Part shown: piece after piece, positions 27,399-40,000 of the stretch
Layout of the letters: each line of letters begins with the position of its first letter
Position numbering within the stretch: position 1 is the stretch's first letter
Assembly (NCBI GenBank): GCA_040954595.2
Contig: CM082597.2
Coordinates: forward strand, 1,408,886-1,472,885
Length of the DNA stretch: 64,000 nt
DNA from: Balanoglossus misakiensis
Taxonomy: Eukaryota; Animalia; Hemichordata
Direction of reading: 5' to 3'
Notes under the pieces: model-generated
The model's input: the letters and a program-made list of their open reading frames with translations, nothing else
Database searches by the model: none
What the model was told of the DNA's origin: nothing
Made by a program: the position numbers and the translations under genes

Positions 27399-27790
27399 TC
27401 ACGTGGGTGAATCTAAACGATGACGTAACACTCGCGCTTGATGACGCCGGTGCACCTGTGTGGTTTGCATGATGGCGTCGGGCATGCTTACTGTAAGGTT
27501 CGTCCGCGCTGAAATTCTGACCAGACGCGTGCCGGTAATATATTTGGCTTCGCAGACGTATGTGCCTTCATCGTCTTCGGTTATTGTGGAAATCCTACCT
27601 CGCATCGCTGTGTGTGGGTCTGCCACGAGGCAGAACTTTCCTTACGAGAAACTCTGTGGAATTGTTTGTGTGAACCCTCTCCCAGTCCACGGTCACACTG
27701 CTGACGTTGGTCGCTACGCTGGAATAGGAGCAATTCAAGATGGCGGTGTCGTCGCCGACCTGGGCATTCTGATTACATGTATCGGGCACA
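27399..27790 (-). pseudogene. V-set Ig pseudogene C (internal deletion fusing the two half-V exons out of frame)
   Basis: NQNAQVGDDTAILNCSYS..VDWERV..SDAR is followed at the old donor (AG|GTAG) directly by ISTITEDDEGTYVC..TNLTV in another frame. The intron and the start of the second half-exon are missing, and no leader exon was found. Confidence 0.75.
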
Positions 27791-28221
27791 AATAAGGTGG
27801 GTGACCTCACGTTGTAAATACCAGTCTAAATAATTATTTTAGACACACAGATAAAGACCAGCGTGAATTATTTATCAAGTTTTAATAAGCAGTAGAAACT
27901 GCAGCTTTGTTTTGACCAAAAATTTCAGGGAATAAACTGTTCCATGCATCAAATCAAATGTAGCTTCTATTCAATAGCCAAATCATGATATTCGATTTAC
28001 AAATGCAACTTGTGTATTTTAACTTGAAGCAGATCATTGTAGCTTTCTTTAAGTCCGAGCATGAGTTCATTTTTCATTATAGCAATATTTGTAAGTTCTA
28101 ACTGGTTCTGTTGAGGTTTACTAAAGTTTCGGCTATTTTCATGTGCCCATCATTCTATGAAAATGTGAGTCTCTTGGTGAATAAAATTTCACCGCGTAAA
28201 TGTTAAGTTAGAATACCAAAA

Positions 28222-30803
28222 TTACAAGCCAAATTTGTACACAACAAACGCAATCCAAGATGACATGCATAAGTGAAACATCCCGGATGTCAGTGTTGGC
28301 GCACCGCTTGGCGTTGTGACGGGGCCTGGTTCCTCGGTCGGCAGATCTGTTACCATGACGACCACAGTGGCCGATTCTGCCACTTCGCCGCCATTGCTCG
28401 GTGTGTATCTCACTGTACATGTATAGTTCCCGGCGTCGTCAGCGACAATGTCGGTTAGTTTCAGAGAAGCTTTGTTGATGATATGACACCTTCAAAATAA
28501 TAAAAGTAGGAAAAAATGTTTAAGCTATAGGCCTAAGACTGTATCACCCTAAACAACAAAGCAAAACAAAGCAAAACACAACAAAACAAAACAAAACAAA
28601 ATCTCGTTGCTGTGTTAACCGGTGTCTGCGCGAGACTTGCAACGTATAGTTACCTGCCACAATTGGAAGTGGATCTTCCCTCCTTGACATTCTTGCTGAC
28701 AAGCAATCGTCTGCTGTCCGGCAGTAACTCCTTTCTCCACTCCACTACTTCACTCAAGGCGTCATCGGGAACACCCGAGTAGCTGCAGTACATGATGGTG
28801 CTGGCGTCGCCGACCTTGGCGCTGTGCATTGGCGTCACAGTTACTTCCAGTGACGTCACGACACAGACAGCTATAACAGGAAAGATTCATGTGGATTAAA
28901 TTTGGCCTTTATTTGCAATCTTTGTTCGAAAAATCGGGTCGACTCGTACCGGTATGAGCCATAGGCGCTACGTGTTATCCGAAAGCACTATGATGCAGCT
29001 TGAATTATGTACGTATCTATACGTAGGGACTCGTATCAATGACTCCAATGTCAGTGGTATACAGGCATATCATCATAGCTGTGGGAAAACCCAACACGTT
29101 CATTGACCTCGTCGGGACGCCAGTCTAAACAAACTAGAAACATGATGTACTGTCTATAGGGTACTTGCTCAGCCAGGGTTCACGCAAACAGAGTAAAATA
29201 ACAGTAATTTAAAGAGCAGTTGTACTCATGAAATTCAACCAAAATGGCGACTGCCTGCATGGACAACAATGGCCGATTTCATTGTCATACGTGTTGGGAT
29301 CAGTTAACAAATATTTTTAAACCGACATACAATATTTTCGCTAACATTAGGCTGCATTCACAAACACCTCTGGAGGGGGGGGCGGGAGAATTGAGGGGGG
29401 GGATTTGAAAAAATTGAGGGTATGTAAGGGGGGGGATTTGAAATAATTTAGGGACTGAAAGGGGGGGACTTGAAAAATTTTAACGACTAAATATTTATTT
29501 TGAGTCCACAAAAATGCAGTTTCGCGCCCTTTATTTTACAAAATTTTCTAATGTGGGAGGGGGACACCCCCTCCCACACCCACCCCCTCCATTCATCAAC
29601 ACCTTTCAATCATTGACTGGTTTATCTAGTGTCCCAGGTCAGGGGACTTGCCCCACCCCATGATAACTTTGAGCGGCGACGGTTAAATTTGTCCTCCCCA
29701 ACATACCGGTAGTTGAGTTAATTTGCTTTTGCCGGGTTCATTAAAATGCAGCTTTGAGCTCTGTATTTTAGAAAATTTTCTTACGTGGGAGGGGGACACC
29801 CCCTCCCAAACCCACCCCCTTCAATTCTCGGTTTACAATGTCTCCCAACACAGAATACAAATATATGTACTTAAAAAATAAAAACAATGTTCAGTTTTAA
29901 TACCCACTGATGAGGGGAAACATCAGTTTCAAATTCTTTTCATGGGAGCGCTGTTTTTCTTTTTACAAGATAGATAGGTGATGTGTTTTGCTCTGTGAAA
30001 GAAAATGGGGGGGGGATTTCAAAATTTTGGCAGTTCGGAAGGGGGGGATTTGAAAATATTGGCAGTTCGGAAGGGGGGCATGTGAAAATTAGCGGTAAAA
30101 AAAATTGAATTCTCCCGCCCCCCCCTCCAGAGGTGTTTGTGAATGCAGCCTTAGTAACATAGCTCATGGCCGAAATCGTCTGTTAGTGTTTTCAAGCAAG
30201 GACACACAGACTGAGCAACGGGAAGTCTCAGATGTAGACTAATAAATACCATGACAAGCCATTAAAGTAACGTGTATATGATTCGATATCACTGATCATC
30301 TTACAAATGCATTTGACAGTTATTGGTGTTTATTTTTGGTGTATGACGTATAGCTGAATGTGTTGCAGAAGTTATCACCCGATAGCATAGACGCTCGTCT
30401 ATGATATACAACCATCGTGTTTATCATGGTGGCGTTGGGAGTTTCAATTGGCAAATGATGTTGAGTTAGGAGTTCTCTGTGACCATAAACATTAAAATGT
30501 TAGGATTCAGATCTTCTGTTTACACAGAATGATGAAATCGTCAAAATCGTGAAGTTTTAGGCCAATATTCGTCTTTAACGCCTTGATATATATATTTGTC
30601 ATAACAGGGTGTGGACATAGCTACATCCTGACACAAGTGTTTGGCATACATAGATTAATAGTCATGTACAAGTTGTTAAGATAATTTGAAGAGTTCGTGT
30701 GCACTTGTCTCAGTAATTTCGACGAGACTTGATGAAAAACTTTAAACATCAAAATAAATAACTACGACTTACCCGCCAAAAGTAGGAAGATTTTCAACAT
30801 CAT
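28222..30803 (-). CDS. Single V-set Ig domain protein D (signal peptide, split V exon, GPI-like tail)
   Basis: Leader 30773-30803 (MMLKIFLLLA); half-V 28654-28870 (MYCSYSG..VEWRK..SNCGR); exon 28222-28489 (CHIINKASLKLTDIVADDAGNYTC, stalk, hydrophobic tail). Confidence 0.85.
29350..30150. mobile_element. Non-autonomous PIF/Harbinger-type MITE (~800 bp) in intron 1 of Ig gene D
   Basis: TIR GGCTGCATTCACAAACACCTCTGGAGGGGGGGGCGGGAGAATT at the left end and its reverse complement at the right end; TTA on both flanks (29347-29349, 30151-30153); subterminal G-tract/GATTTGAAA repeats; no transposase ORF. Confidence 0.88.
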
Positions 30804-32105
30804 GTTGTTCGTTAGCTCTAAGGTCACACCGAGTCCCTGGACGAAATGCAGGCGTTTAATGATGACATATATGTAATGCAGTAAGTATTTACGCTATGTG
30901 AGGTCATAGCTCCTCGTGTTGTTGGACCGACTGCATTTTCTGGCGGGAAGGGCTGGTTGTATGTCTGTGTTTAAAAGTTGTCAGAGGTATCTGTCTGTCT
31001 GTCTGTGTCTGTATGTCGTCATTGTTTGATAAGTTCCAGCACACTCCGTCTACAGACGCAAACTCCATATTGAAGATAAGAAATATATACGTGTATTTTT
31101 ATAATCTTTGCCATCACACAAAAACGCATATCCGTTTTCACCAACCCACTTTGGTACTTACATAACAATTGCAATTAGTACGAATACAATCACGTGACTT
31201 CTGGCAGCAGAAATGACCTCGAAATTCGATCTCATATATGAATTTAATGAGCAAAAAACCTCTGACATAACTAAACGCCAAACAATGTAAAATACTAAGT
31301 AAATGAATATCGCTTTTTTATCACTACAATTTATACATTTATCAAGTCAAACTGTGGCGAGTATTGCCTCTTTTGTTTAGTACAGTAACGAATAAGGAAA
31401 GTCGAAATAATTTAAAACGGCTATATAAAAATCAATTATAGATCCACGATTAGGTGTAAAACTAATCTGCCATCAAGAAAATAAAATAAAATAACGTAAA
31501 TGTGCAATTGCGGAAGAGTTTCAAATTAACTCTAGTGAAAGAATAATCTTATCCCATTTATAAACAAATCTTGTCGGTAAAGGCTTAAATGGAACATTGG
31601 TAAACTGTACCAAATATGAACCTACGGTTAATACAAGCTTTGGCAAGTCTGTTTTTCTCAAACTGTTTTCATCATTTCTATATTGAAAATCTATAACACT
31701 AATCATTCATAAAATAGAGTTCTTGTACGAAGATAGGCCTATATAACCCAACTCCCTACAAAGCCGTTATTTTGTTAAAATGTCTAATTTAATATTACAT
31801 GTAACAAATCGGACTTTGAATCTAGGTTGAAAAAAATGTAATGTTGCTAGAATATAATAGGCCAATTCAATACACAACTGATAAACAGGTATGTGATTAC
31901 ATGATTATAGCAGTCTGTGTGCACTATGTATGGAAAGCGGTGGGGAACTAGTGTTTTGTGGTGGGTTACAAGCAAGCTAGTATAAGATGTATAAATAGAA
32001 AAGTTTGACGCGAATATCTTGCATTGTTGCGCTCAAATAAACAAAACTTAAGACTTTGAAACATCAAGGTGACATCAGAAAGAAAGAAATGAAACGAAAA
32101 AAGTG

Positions 32106-34245
32106 TTATCGCCACGTTGATAAAAAGACTGGCAAAAACGAAAGTAAAAATGTCATGAAAATCGAGGGCAGCATTAAGGCACTTGTGTCGTTGACACGAT
32201 CATCACCGTCGTCCCTGTTCTGACGAATAACATTTAATTGAACTGTGCTGTTAGCACTCGTTGACATTCCGGTGGTTGTTGTTATGACGATAAGACATCT
32301 GTAAAGGCCCTCATCTGCTTGCGTGAGGTTGCGGATTTCCAGAGATTGGTCACTCATGGCTGGGTTAAGGAGATATCTGCGAAAAGGAACATGTAATGAG
32401 TGACATGCCGGCCACTATAGACAGGTTCGACTGTGTACAGTTTTTTTAAACGTCAGTAACAGTAATAAAACAAATACCGCATTACTTTTGTGGTGAACTT
32501 GAGTACTGCACAACTCCACTGCCATGACCACCTCTGCAGAGAAGTTTCCAACCGTGTTCCACAGACGGGTCTTCTTTGCCCCAATCCACAGCGACTTTAC
32601 TTATCGCCTCTGGGTCCGGCCCTTCCCGATAATCACAGTATAGTTTGGTACCGTCACCATAATAAGCCTCGTGTACGTCTTTAGTTAATATTCCTAATCC
32701 ATCCGTGTATATAAGTCCTTCGGGAGAAAAAAGCAAAGTCGTCACTTCTCGCTATTTTACTCAGTCCACGCGCAGATACCCTCCCTCTGACGTCACCCTA
32801 GTTGACAACATCCGTGTACTGGATATGTGATTCGAAATGTAGATCTCCACGTGGTGGAGGGACCGTGCTCTAACCTAATATAACGTTCTCCTATCCGCTA
32901 TGGTTGATACCACGAGGCCCTTAGTACATCTAATTTAATTTGTCCATCGCATAAGGTCCTTTCTAATATGACCATTCAGAGACCATTGCATGAAATGCAA
33001 AGGGTGACGTCGGATTAAAGTTAGGCCCTGTAAATAACATACCGTAGAGTATCCAGGGCAGTATAAAAGCACAATGTTGAAGGTACAATGTTATACTATT
33101 GAACAGTACAGTCCCCTGTATATCATTATAAGCTACCGTTCCCAATGTATGTCGACAGCCCTTCCATATTTACAGGGCGTGGCGGTTTGAATATAAACCT
33201 TATTGTCGGTGTTCACGTGATCGTAAATATAAAACAAACACGATCATAAACATTGTGTCTGCAAATGTGAATGTTCATCGGGTGTAAAATTTCGAAAAAT
33301 TCAGTGATACTAGTTCTGATATAATGTCGTTTTTCGTCAATGTCATGTTACCTATAGCTGTAGTGAGCCGACGTTTCATCGTACTCGGCGCTCGTGTTAA
33401 CGATGTAAACCTAATTATAATTTTAATGACCTTCATCAATTAATGAAGTCCCACATCATCGTTAAATGAAATTAATTAATACGGCTCCATCACACGTGAA
33501 CTACATATGTTCTGAAAAGCAGATGGCAATATTAAAACATGGGCATTCACAAGTATTTCATATTTTGGCGTGTCTTTTCCGTATGGATGTTGGTGTCGGG
33601 CAAATGATTGCAGAACCTTCATCCTAAACCTAACGGCAAGGTAAGGTATTCGACCTTTCAACACAATAAACAAGCTAAATCGCCTTTTTTGTTGAATCTG
33701 TCTGAATGCGCGATTGCCAGCGTGTACAATATATATTATTCCCGAGTTCCACTGCAAAGTTGTCGCGAAATGAGTCAACAAACGCAGAATCCTAAAAATT
33801 CGCACACTTCACAGTCTGGTGAACTAAGCTTTCATACTCCAGGCGGGAAAATAGCGTGCAAAGTGCCCTTCGCTTGGACGGAATCGGTGATGACCGATGT
33901 CTCTCCCCATTCAGCGATGCAAAGATCCCATCTCAATGCGAACAATGCAAGCACACTGAGTACGGGCGACCTTCCCTGGCGCAGCCATTCACCCAAATAG
34001 CTGGCCTCCAACAATCAGACAAATTACCATATCAATACTACTCGCCCAACACTCATGTTATTGTAGGTGTGAATTACCCGAACAGAATGTGTGGTATTAG
34101 AATTCATTTCTGAACAAAAAAAGAAATATTTTTCAACCTAATACATGGTTTTCAACAAAACTAAATTCATTTTCAAGCACGACAAAATAAACCTACCTTC
34201 GAACACCAGCGCACATAACAAAACTAGATGGAGTGGCGATCTCAT
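32106..34245 (-). CDS. Single V-set Ig domain protein E (divergent member), GPI-like tail
   Basis: Leader 34197-34245 (MRSPLHLVLLCALVFE); half-V 32486-32717 (LYCDY..VDWGK); exon 32106-32376 (SLEIRNLTQADEGLYRC..VQLNV, tail LMLPSIFMTFLLSFLPVFL). Confidence 0.82.
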
Positions 34246-37015
34246 TGTCCTGTTCTGCCACGGACGAGAAAACGATTAAAATTATTCACTTTTCACCAGA
34301 AACGATCACACTGTGAATTCTGGAAACAGAAGATCACCTCCTCTCTGCGGGTTTGTCCCCACGGAATGTCGGATCACCGATGGTGTTCTGTGGTGAGGAA
34401 GATGGCGATGTCGGTTGTTGTCATGTAATATAAGTATTGCAAAACTGCCTACACCGTCCCTACCTATACCGTGCAAATACAGTGAGATCACTGTGCTTGT
34501 GACCTCCAATGACCCCCGTATCCCATCAACCATTTCACTTTTAATCGCCTGTTACACGATTGAAGGCCTCGCCCATATCAATTCTGTGCTAAACAGCTCA
34601 TTATTATCGCATCTATTCATGGTGACGGTCGCCATCCTTTGTTAAAATCGACAAAATTCATCACATGTTTTCATCGCACTCAGTAAACCTCTCGCGGAGG
34701 CGTATGTTCGTGGGTTGAAGTTCAACTCTTCGCTTTGCTGCATTGAAAACTCATCCTGCTCACGGTCAATCGATAGCGCCACAATACAACACTATTTCCA
34801 CCGAATTCCTGACTGATGACATAAAGCGCTAATTCAGCCGCTGATATTTAAGTCAGCTGGTCGTCAGAAGTCACCTTTAGAAAACCAGGTGATGTGTACG
34901 TGAAAGTATGCGATAAATAACAAACAGTAACAGGTCTCGCCAGCTCTGACGATACCGGAATATTTAAGGCCATTTATCGTTACGTTTTAAGTATGAGATA
35001 AAATTTTGCAATTGCATGACCATTTTTATAAATTAATGTAACTCGGAAATGAACGGTCGGAAGTTGTCGATGTGTACACAATGTCGGGTAGTGTTACAGT
35101 CGCGTCTGTATGCAGTGGCCAGTCAAGGGACTGATAGATAGGTGGCATTATATATGTAATAGGCTCAGTTGTATACGTAATCACATGCGACAATGCCAGA
35201 ATGGTATAGATAGCCTAAATGTACGGAGGTATACAACGCATGAATTTTAACATCATGCTTTAACATGTTCTTCCTTGGGTGTAGTGTGAGCGCCCTCTGT
35301 AGTTTATTGGCTATATTTTTGGTTCACATTTACGCTTCGCGGCAGAAACTGTCGCCAGCAGTATCAACTCGTCGTTAGCCTTTATATAGCCTTTGGGCCT
35401 AAATCGTATTTAACAGGTCGATATTTGGGTATCATTTAACTATTTCTCCGTACTGGCAGATTCGACAGGGAAACGCCATCGCACTACAGAAACTTTGTAA
35501 GCTTAGGTAGCTAGTTGCATATATTCAGATAGATAGAAGGCCTTGCATACTACCTACTTTGCATATCGCTCGACGGAACTAAAATACTGTACAGAAAATA
35601 TACGGGAGCCCTCTAGAAGTTGAATAATATTTTCCATTCGCCTTAATTTTATGCCAAATGCGGACTATACTTCATGGGAAGGTACGTGACAAATGACATG
35701 GTGGACTTCATAATAATGCAATGAAAAAAAATATGTGGAGACGAGTGGTTGAAGTAATTTGTGATGTGGTGTTGGACGATCGCTTCGTGAACGAGGCAAA
35801 TCAGTCGCAACTTTCTCACTCCCTGATTATCTGGTGTTCGGCGGAAATTTCAAAAACAGGAAGACAGTCGATAAAGTTTTTTTCTGTGCAATGACGAGTT
35901 TATCATGCTCTAAGTTTGGTTCACATCGGCTGTGTTTGGAACTGTATCCCAATATTTCAGATTTCTGCTCGACACATTCCGGGAGTAGAATATAAGGGCG
36001 ATTCCAATGTCATAATCGGTGGGGAGGTTGTTCATCTTCTTGTATAAACTTTAGAAAAAAGAACGTGTTAGAGACGCCCGTGCAATATTTAGTTGATCGA
36101 GGTAAATCTCCTAAGAAAGAAGTTTTTAGGGAGATGTCAGTTAGATTTTATGGGTGGCAAAATCTCACGATTATGAATAAATTTTCAAAGTGGGTCAGGA
36201 AGACAACATCCCTGTAGCAAATATTGGTATAATCCACCCCTTGTGCGTTTCCAAGATGGCGGCTATCCCCGTGATCGCATTTCGACTTGTCCATTTCTTC
36301 AAACGAAAGCTTTAAAATTGTTTGTAGATTTTCTGAATTCTGAGATTTATTAAGAACCACTAGAAATGTTGTTATTTATAAGATAAACTTAGATCCTAGC
36401 CCAGTATTGCGTCAGTCCCTATAAACAAATGGCCTTGTCAGTTGTTTGGGGTGTACCAATGTGCATAAGGGGGTGGTAGCTTTTGTAATCTGAGGGACAC
36501 TTCTGCTGCAGGGTCTGCCATGACTACAGAACACCTTGCTGGTGTGCTATGGATAATATTCTCACAGAAAACATCTGAAATGGTCAAATCATCTCTGTAA
36601 AACTTTCAAGAGTTTTTGAAAATATGGTATTTCATTTTACAATAGTTTCTTCTGATAATAACTTAATTGTAAAATTATACCGCTCATTAAAATTATTTCT
36701 TTCATTTCAGCTTTGCTGTTTCTGTTAGTAATGTGAAGAGGAACTGAGAGAGGATTTCATGATTCTCGTATTCATCTGAACTGATTGAATAATGGGAATG
36801 AATTTTGCAGGTTGGTAATTTTTGTTTATCACAAAGTATACATATATTACTGCATTAACTGCAACACACTCAGTAAGATGTGTGAGTCAACTGTCAACAA
36901 GTGAAGTCATCATGAGACTCTGTTTCTTTCCAGGTTGGATAAATGTGAACTTTTCATATGGCTGGCATTTTGACATCTTGAAGACAACAATAAACACCCT
37001 TTGAAGACTTCAAGT

Positions 37016-40000
37016 ATGTCTGACAAAAATCAAGAATTGGTACAAAGTCAACGTAAAGTAGAACAAGAGTCAGTCCCTAAGCCAGTTGAGAAAAAGGAAC
37101 CAGGAAAGGCTTCCAAGGCAAGTGGAAATGAACCAGGAAAGGCTTCCAAGACCAGTGGAAATGGAAAGGAGGGAAAGCAAGGAAAAGAAAAGAAAGCCAT
37201 CAAAAGTAAGAAAAGTCTCATCAGAGTTAGTCCCAGGACGGTAAAAACAAAGAAAAGGAAAGCGTTAATCAGTCCGGGTAAGAGAATCAGGAAAGGTCGT
37301 TACGACTTCAAACCTTTTGTGTGTGCGCTGTGTAATGCTGGTTTCAAGTACGAACAAGTTCTCGTGTTTCACGTACGCAGTCATACAGGGGAGAAACCTT
37401 ATGAATGTGGTCAGTGTGACTTTGCAGCGATCCAGCCGGCCAGTTTGGAACAGCACAGGAGAGTGGCGCATAAGTTGGACGGTTACCAGTGCAGTCATTG
37501 CGGGAAAGCGTTCCGGAAAGAGGCTACTCTGAAAATGCATTGTAGATCGCATGAGTCGGACGCGAAAGGTGCCAGTAATGCTGAGAATGTTACGAAGAAA
37601 GAGCGACTTCTAGAGACGAAAAGTGACCAGGCCAAAAGTGCCAGCCCAGGATGTACACACAGCGATGATGTGAAAGAGAAAACCAAAAAGGTTAAGAAGA
37701 GCGCTCCAGTTGTGGAGACAGAGACAAGTAAAGATGGACATGAACACGTTGGAAATGTTAAAAAAGACAATAGTCATGTCTGTGATGTGTGTTCATTTAC
37801 ATGCAGCAAGAGAGGTGCTTACAAAAAACACATGAAACAAGAACATGGCGTGGATATAGGTGGCAGTAAAGAATCCTCCAAACCAGAAAAGCAGCCACAG
37901 AGTGTCAGAGAAACCCCTGCGACAGAAAATATACAGAGCGGCAAGGCGACGGCAACTTCCAAAGATGACAGAGCAGCAGTAGACCAGGCAATAAAATTTG
38001 TGAATCAGCTCAAAGCGCGGACGGATGATCAAGGGAACAATTACTGGTCGTGTTTGAAGTGTACTTTTGTTAGATTCACACAGAGGACAGCTTTTGTACA
38101 TCACCTGGTCAGTTGTCAGCATCGCGTGGTGTATAGCTGTGACAGCTGCGACTATATCGCAGTCAAGGTGACGGAATTGCAGGAACACAAGGAGAAAGAA
38201 CATCGACCGCCGCCTGAACCGTCACCGAAGCCCTCGAACTTGCAATTCGTGTACGGGTGCGAAGTTTGTGGATTTGTCACAGCGGCCATCGGAGGCTTGG
38301 CTGAACACAGGTTTCTGAAACACGGGCTGCCCAAGGCGACGTGCACAGAGTTTGGTTTCCAGGAGAAAGCTGTTTTCATTTGCGAGTTCTGCAAGTATAT
38401 CACCACTTCTTATCAAGAGTATAGCACACACAAGCAGATGGCTCATCCAGGAATGATCGCTCACTACGGTCCACCTATGTTAACCCAACAGGCACAGTTT
38501 CAAACTTTTGCCAACCCAGTAGTGGAGGTGACGAAGCTACGTATTGCTGAGGATGCATTAGTCAAGCAGAAAAAGACGAAGGATGCAAAAATTGACCGCA
38601 AATCAAACAATCAAGAGAAAATTACAAAAACTGAACAGAAAGTAGTCCAGGCGGAAGCAGTTGAAGGCGTAAACAGGCAGAATCTGGCTGTACCGCAGAT
38701 CACCGAGCCAAAGAAACCGGGAGACAAGCTGGATAAAATGAAATCTGTAATTCAGTGGAGCAAAAGATGTCAGAACTGTCAAATGCTGCTGAACTCAGCT
38801 TTTGACATGGCACACCACAAACGAGAAATCAAGGACAACTGGTATAACTGCAGATGCCATGTTTGCAAATACGCCGCGACATCGCTCTGTGACCTGGAAT
38901 GTCACAAGCAGCAATACCATCGACATGTTTGTAAGATGTGCGACGCAACATGCACATCAGAGGCTGACTTGATCAACCATACACGTCTTGTACATCCGTT
39001 GATATTTAAACACAAATACGGGCACCTGACTCCGCTACCTGAAATCCAGGACCAGACTACCAGTTCACTTAAAAAACATACAACTCCAGTGAAAACTAAC
39101 CAGCCAAAGAGAAAGGTGGAGTCCAATTGGCATGTCTGCAAAATGTGCGATCTTGTGTGCAAGTCAGAAGTTGAACTGGTCACTCACACACGGTTAGTAC
39201 ATCCTGTGATATTTGACCGCAGCTACATGTATACAACGTATGCTGGCAGTGGTCAGCCAGTTACTAAAACTCAGACGGAGAATACTACGCAAATTCCCCG
39301 ACTAGACTCGAAGATAGTGAAGAAAGGAAATCAGGGTGAAGTTGAGAAGAAGCTGGTCAGTCAAACTAGTAACTCTTCTCAATCAACGGAAAATGTTCGA
39401 GCAGACTTTATAGACCTGACAAAACCTACGAAGTTGAAGCCGGCGTACCCGAAGCAAAAACGTACTGTAGACAGACTGTTAGAGCGAGAGTCAGACACGG
39501 ACATGTCATCTGAAGATGAAACTGATGTGGAGGAGGAGGAGAAACTGATGAAGATGCTGGAAGACGAGGATAATGAATGTTCGTCAGAAAACGGCTCAAA
39601 TGATGACGATGAAAGTGACTCGACTGATGAAACAAGCAGCTTCGGCCAACAGCCAGTCAGTTCCGGCAAGCTACCAAATATACACCACACTAATGTTACC
39701 ATGGCACCACTGCCTAAAGCTCCGGTTTTAGGTCCCAATGTTCAGCATCTGAAGAGAAAACTTCCTGTTATTCCAGGAATGCGGTTGTACAGTTCACTTG
39801 ACCTACCACTCTTCCCGGAAGACATGAAATCATTTGAAGAACGGAAGAAAATGCCGTTTGCGCTGGTGCCAGTTGAAGATATCCAGAACTTAACAAAGGA
39901 TTTTATTACCCGGACGCACGCAGCTACGTTATCGTTTTTCATTGATACAGCCATGCTGGTCCACGCCAAATCCCTTTTGAGGAGACGAAAGCGATGGACA

